DNA from: Clostridia bacterium
GTDB taxonomy: Bacteria; Bacillota; Clostridia; HGM11514
Reading direction: 5' to 3'
Length of the DNA stretch: 26,386 nucleotides
Assembly: GCA_045586685.1 (NCBI GenBank)
Contig: JAZNAU010000006.1
Coordinates: 1-26,386 of the forward strand
How positions within the stretch are numbered: position 1 is the first letter of the stretch; every line of letters starts with the position of its first letter. Both the position numbers and the translations under genes were made by a program. Below, one piece after another: positions 25,525-26,386 of the stretch. The notes beneath the pieces are model-generated. The model had not been told where the DNA came from. It made no database searches and saw only the letters and a program-made list of their open reading frames with translations.

Positions 25525-25553
25525 ATTATAGCATTTTTATGCCTGATTGTCAA
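25525..25553 (-). promoter_or_regulatory. SigA-type promoter of tcdA-hydE-mgtC
   Basis: TTGACA-17 bp-TATAAT with TGn, perfect consensus. Confidence 0.85.
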
Positions 25554-25622
25554 GGAGAAGAATTGTAAAAATGTGTGCCTGTTTGTAACTCCCTTATAAT
25601 TTAAAAAAATGCAAAAAAATAA

Positions 25623-25651
25623 TTGACATCAGCTCTTATTTGTGTTATAAT
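25623..25651 (+). promoter_or_regulatory. SigA-type promoter of tRNA-Trp
   Basis: TTGACA-17 bp-TATAAT with TGn. Confidence 0.85.
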
Positions 25652-25670
25652 GATTAAGCACGATTGAGAT

Positions 25671-25746
25671 AGGGGTATAGCTCAGTTGGTAGAGCATCGG
25701 TCTCCAAAACCGAGTGCCGAGGGTTCAAGTCCTTCTGCCCCTGCCA
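25671..25746 (+). tRNA. tRNA-Trp (CCA)
   Basis: 76 nt; acceptor stem AGGGGTA/TGCCCCT, anticodon arm TCGGT-CTCCAAA-ACCGA, T loop GGTTCAAGTCC and an encoded CCA end. Confidence 0.98.
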
Positions 25747-25749
25747 CTT

Positions 25750-25787
25750 AAAAAACGGCTTAAACACTGCGTTTAAGCCGTTTTTTT
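25750..25787 (+). terminator. Intrinsic terminator after tRNA-Trp
   Basis: AAAAAACGGCTTAAAC-ACTGC-GTTTAAGCCGTTTTTTT. Confidence 0.88.
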
Positions 25788-25913
25788 GTTATTAATTTTT
25801 GATATATCATTTATCAAACTAGCCCAAAATAAGCATCAACTTCTCATCTGTTTCCTTCCGTTTTCAAACATTCCGTCTGCTACATCATCATTTTAGCATC
25901 AATTCTGCTTCAC

Positions 25914-26008
25914 AAATGCAAAATCGAAAATGTAAAATGCAAAACTATTGTAGGGAAATCGCTACTCGATTTCCCTATTTTCAATTTTCCATTTTCAACT
26001 TTCAATTT
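25914..26008. repeat. Palindromic element with inverted tandem 7-mer arms and a central perfect hairpin
   Basis: Left arm AAATGCA AAATCGA AAATGTA AAATGCA; core TAGGGAAATCG-CTACT-CGATTTCCCTA; right arm TTTTCAA TTTTCCA TTTTCAA CTTTCAA. Confidence 0.8.
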
Positions 26009-26009
26009 A

Positions 26010-26386
26010 TCATATCTCGGTAGTGGTGTGCCCGAGGATGTCAGCTACCGCTTTGATATTTAGTGTCTTTATGCTGCCATCAGCACACTTTGTTCCATTG
26101 ATTACCTTGGTGGCGAAGGTGTGTCTGAATGCATGGAGTCCTTTTGTTTCTATTCCTGCAGCATCTTCTATTCTATATAGTCGCTTTCGCAGGTTGGTTG
26201 GGTTTGTATAGTCGCCGTTTGCATCACACACCAGCGGAGTATCCTCACCGAAGTAGTATTCTTTTCGCAGGTCGTGTATCATTTCTATTGCTGTGTTGTT
26301 TAGAGGTACGACTCGTTTGCTTGTAGCGGTTTTGGTTTTGCCTACTTTTTTAACGTTACCGCCTATGAGCTTTGTTCCATCTTTTT
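26010..26386 (-). pseudogene. Tyrosine recombinase/integrase C-terminal part, truncated before the catalytic Tyr (open to the right edge)
   Basis: KTKTATSKRVVPL, LHAFRHTFAT and VADILGHTTTEI, then TGA; points toward the tRNA-Trp 3' end. Confidence 0.85.

Noticed and set aside
25914-26008. CRISPR array
   Set aside because: The repeats are 7-nt tandem units without spacers; no cas genes or repeat-spacer arrays were seen in the window.

Overview
A mostly core-chromosomal segment of a spore-forming Clostridia (Bacillota) genome. From left to right it holds the 5' end of a DegT-family sugar aminotransferase, cysK with an Rrf2 regulator, an unannotated 57-aa ORF with a lasso/RRE-type leader, nrdR and a divergent Spo0A-like regulator. 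Next come a wal locus (walR-walK-inserted secreted protein-yycH-yycI-murA-walJ-rlmH), a 983-aa SLH surface protein, LOG, a GH109-like oxidoreductase flanked by a duplicated hairpin, spoIVB and bioY. The right part has a zinc-ribbon/kinase-remnant/SBP-like membrane protein, DUF1836, nfeD-SPFH, a small lipoprotein, tcdA-hydE-mgtC, tRNA-Trp(CCA) and a truncated tyrosine integrase abutting a 7-mer-repeat palindrome. The most notable items are (1) the standalone YxxPxL...T peptide, (2) a perfect WalR box at an internal promoter of the wal locus, (3) the Spo0A paralog with an altered recognition helix, and (4) the kinase-deleted receptor-like protein. All family calls come from motif recognition by eye; no database searches were run.
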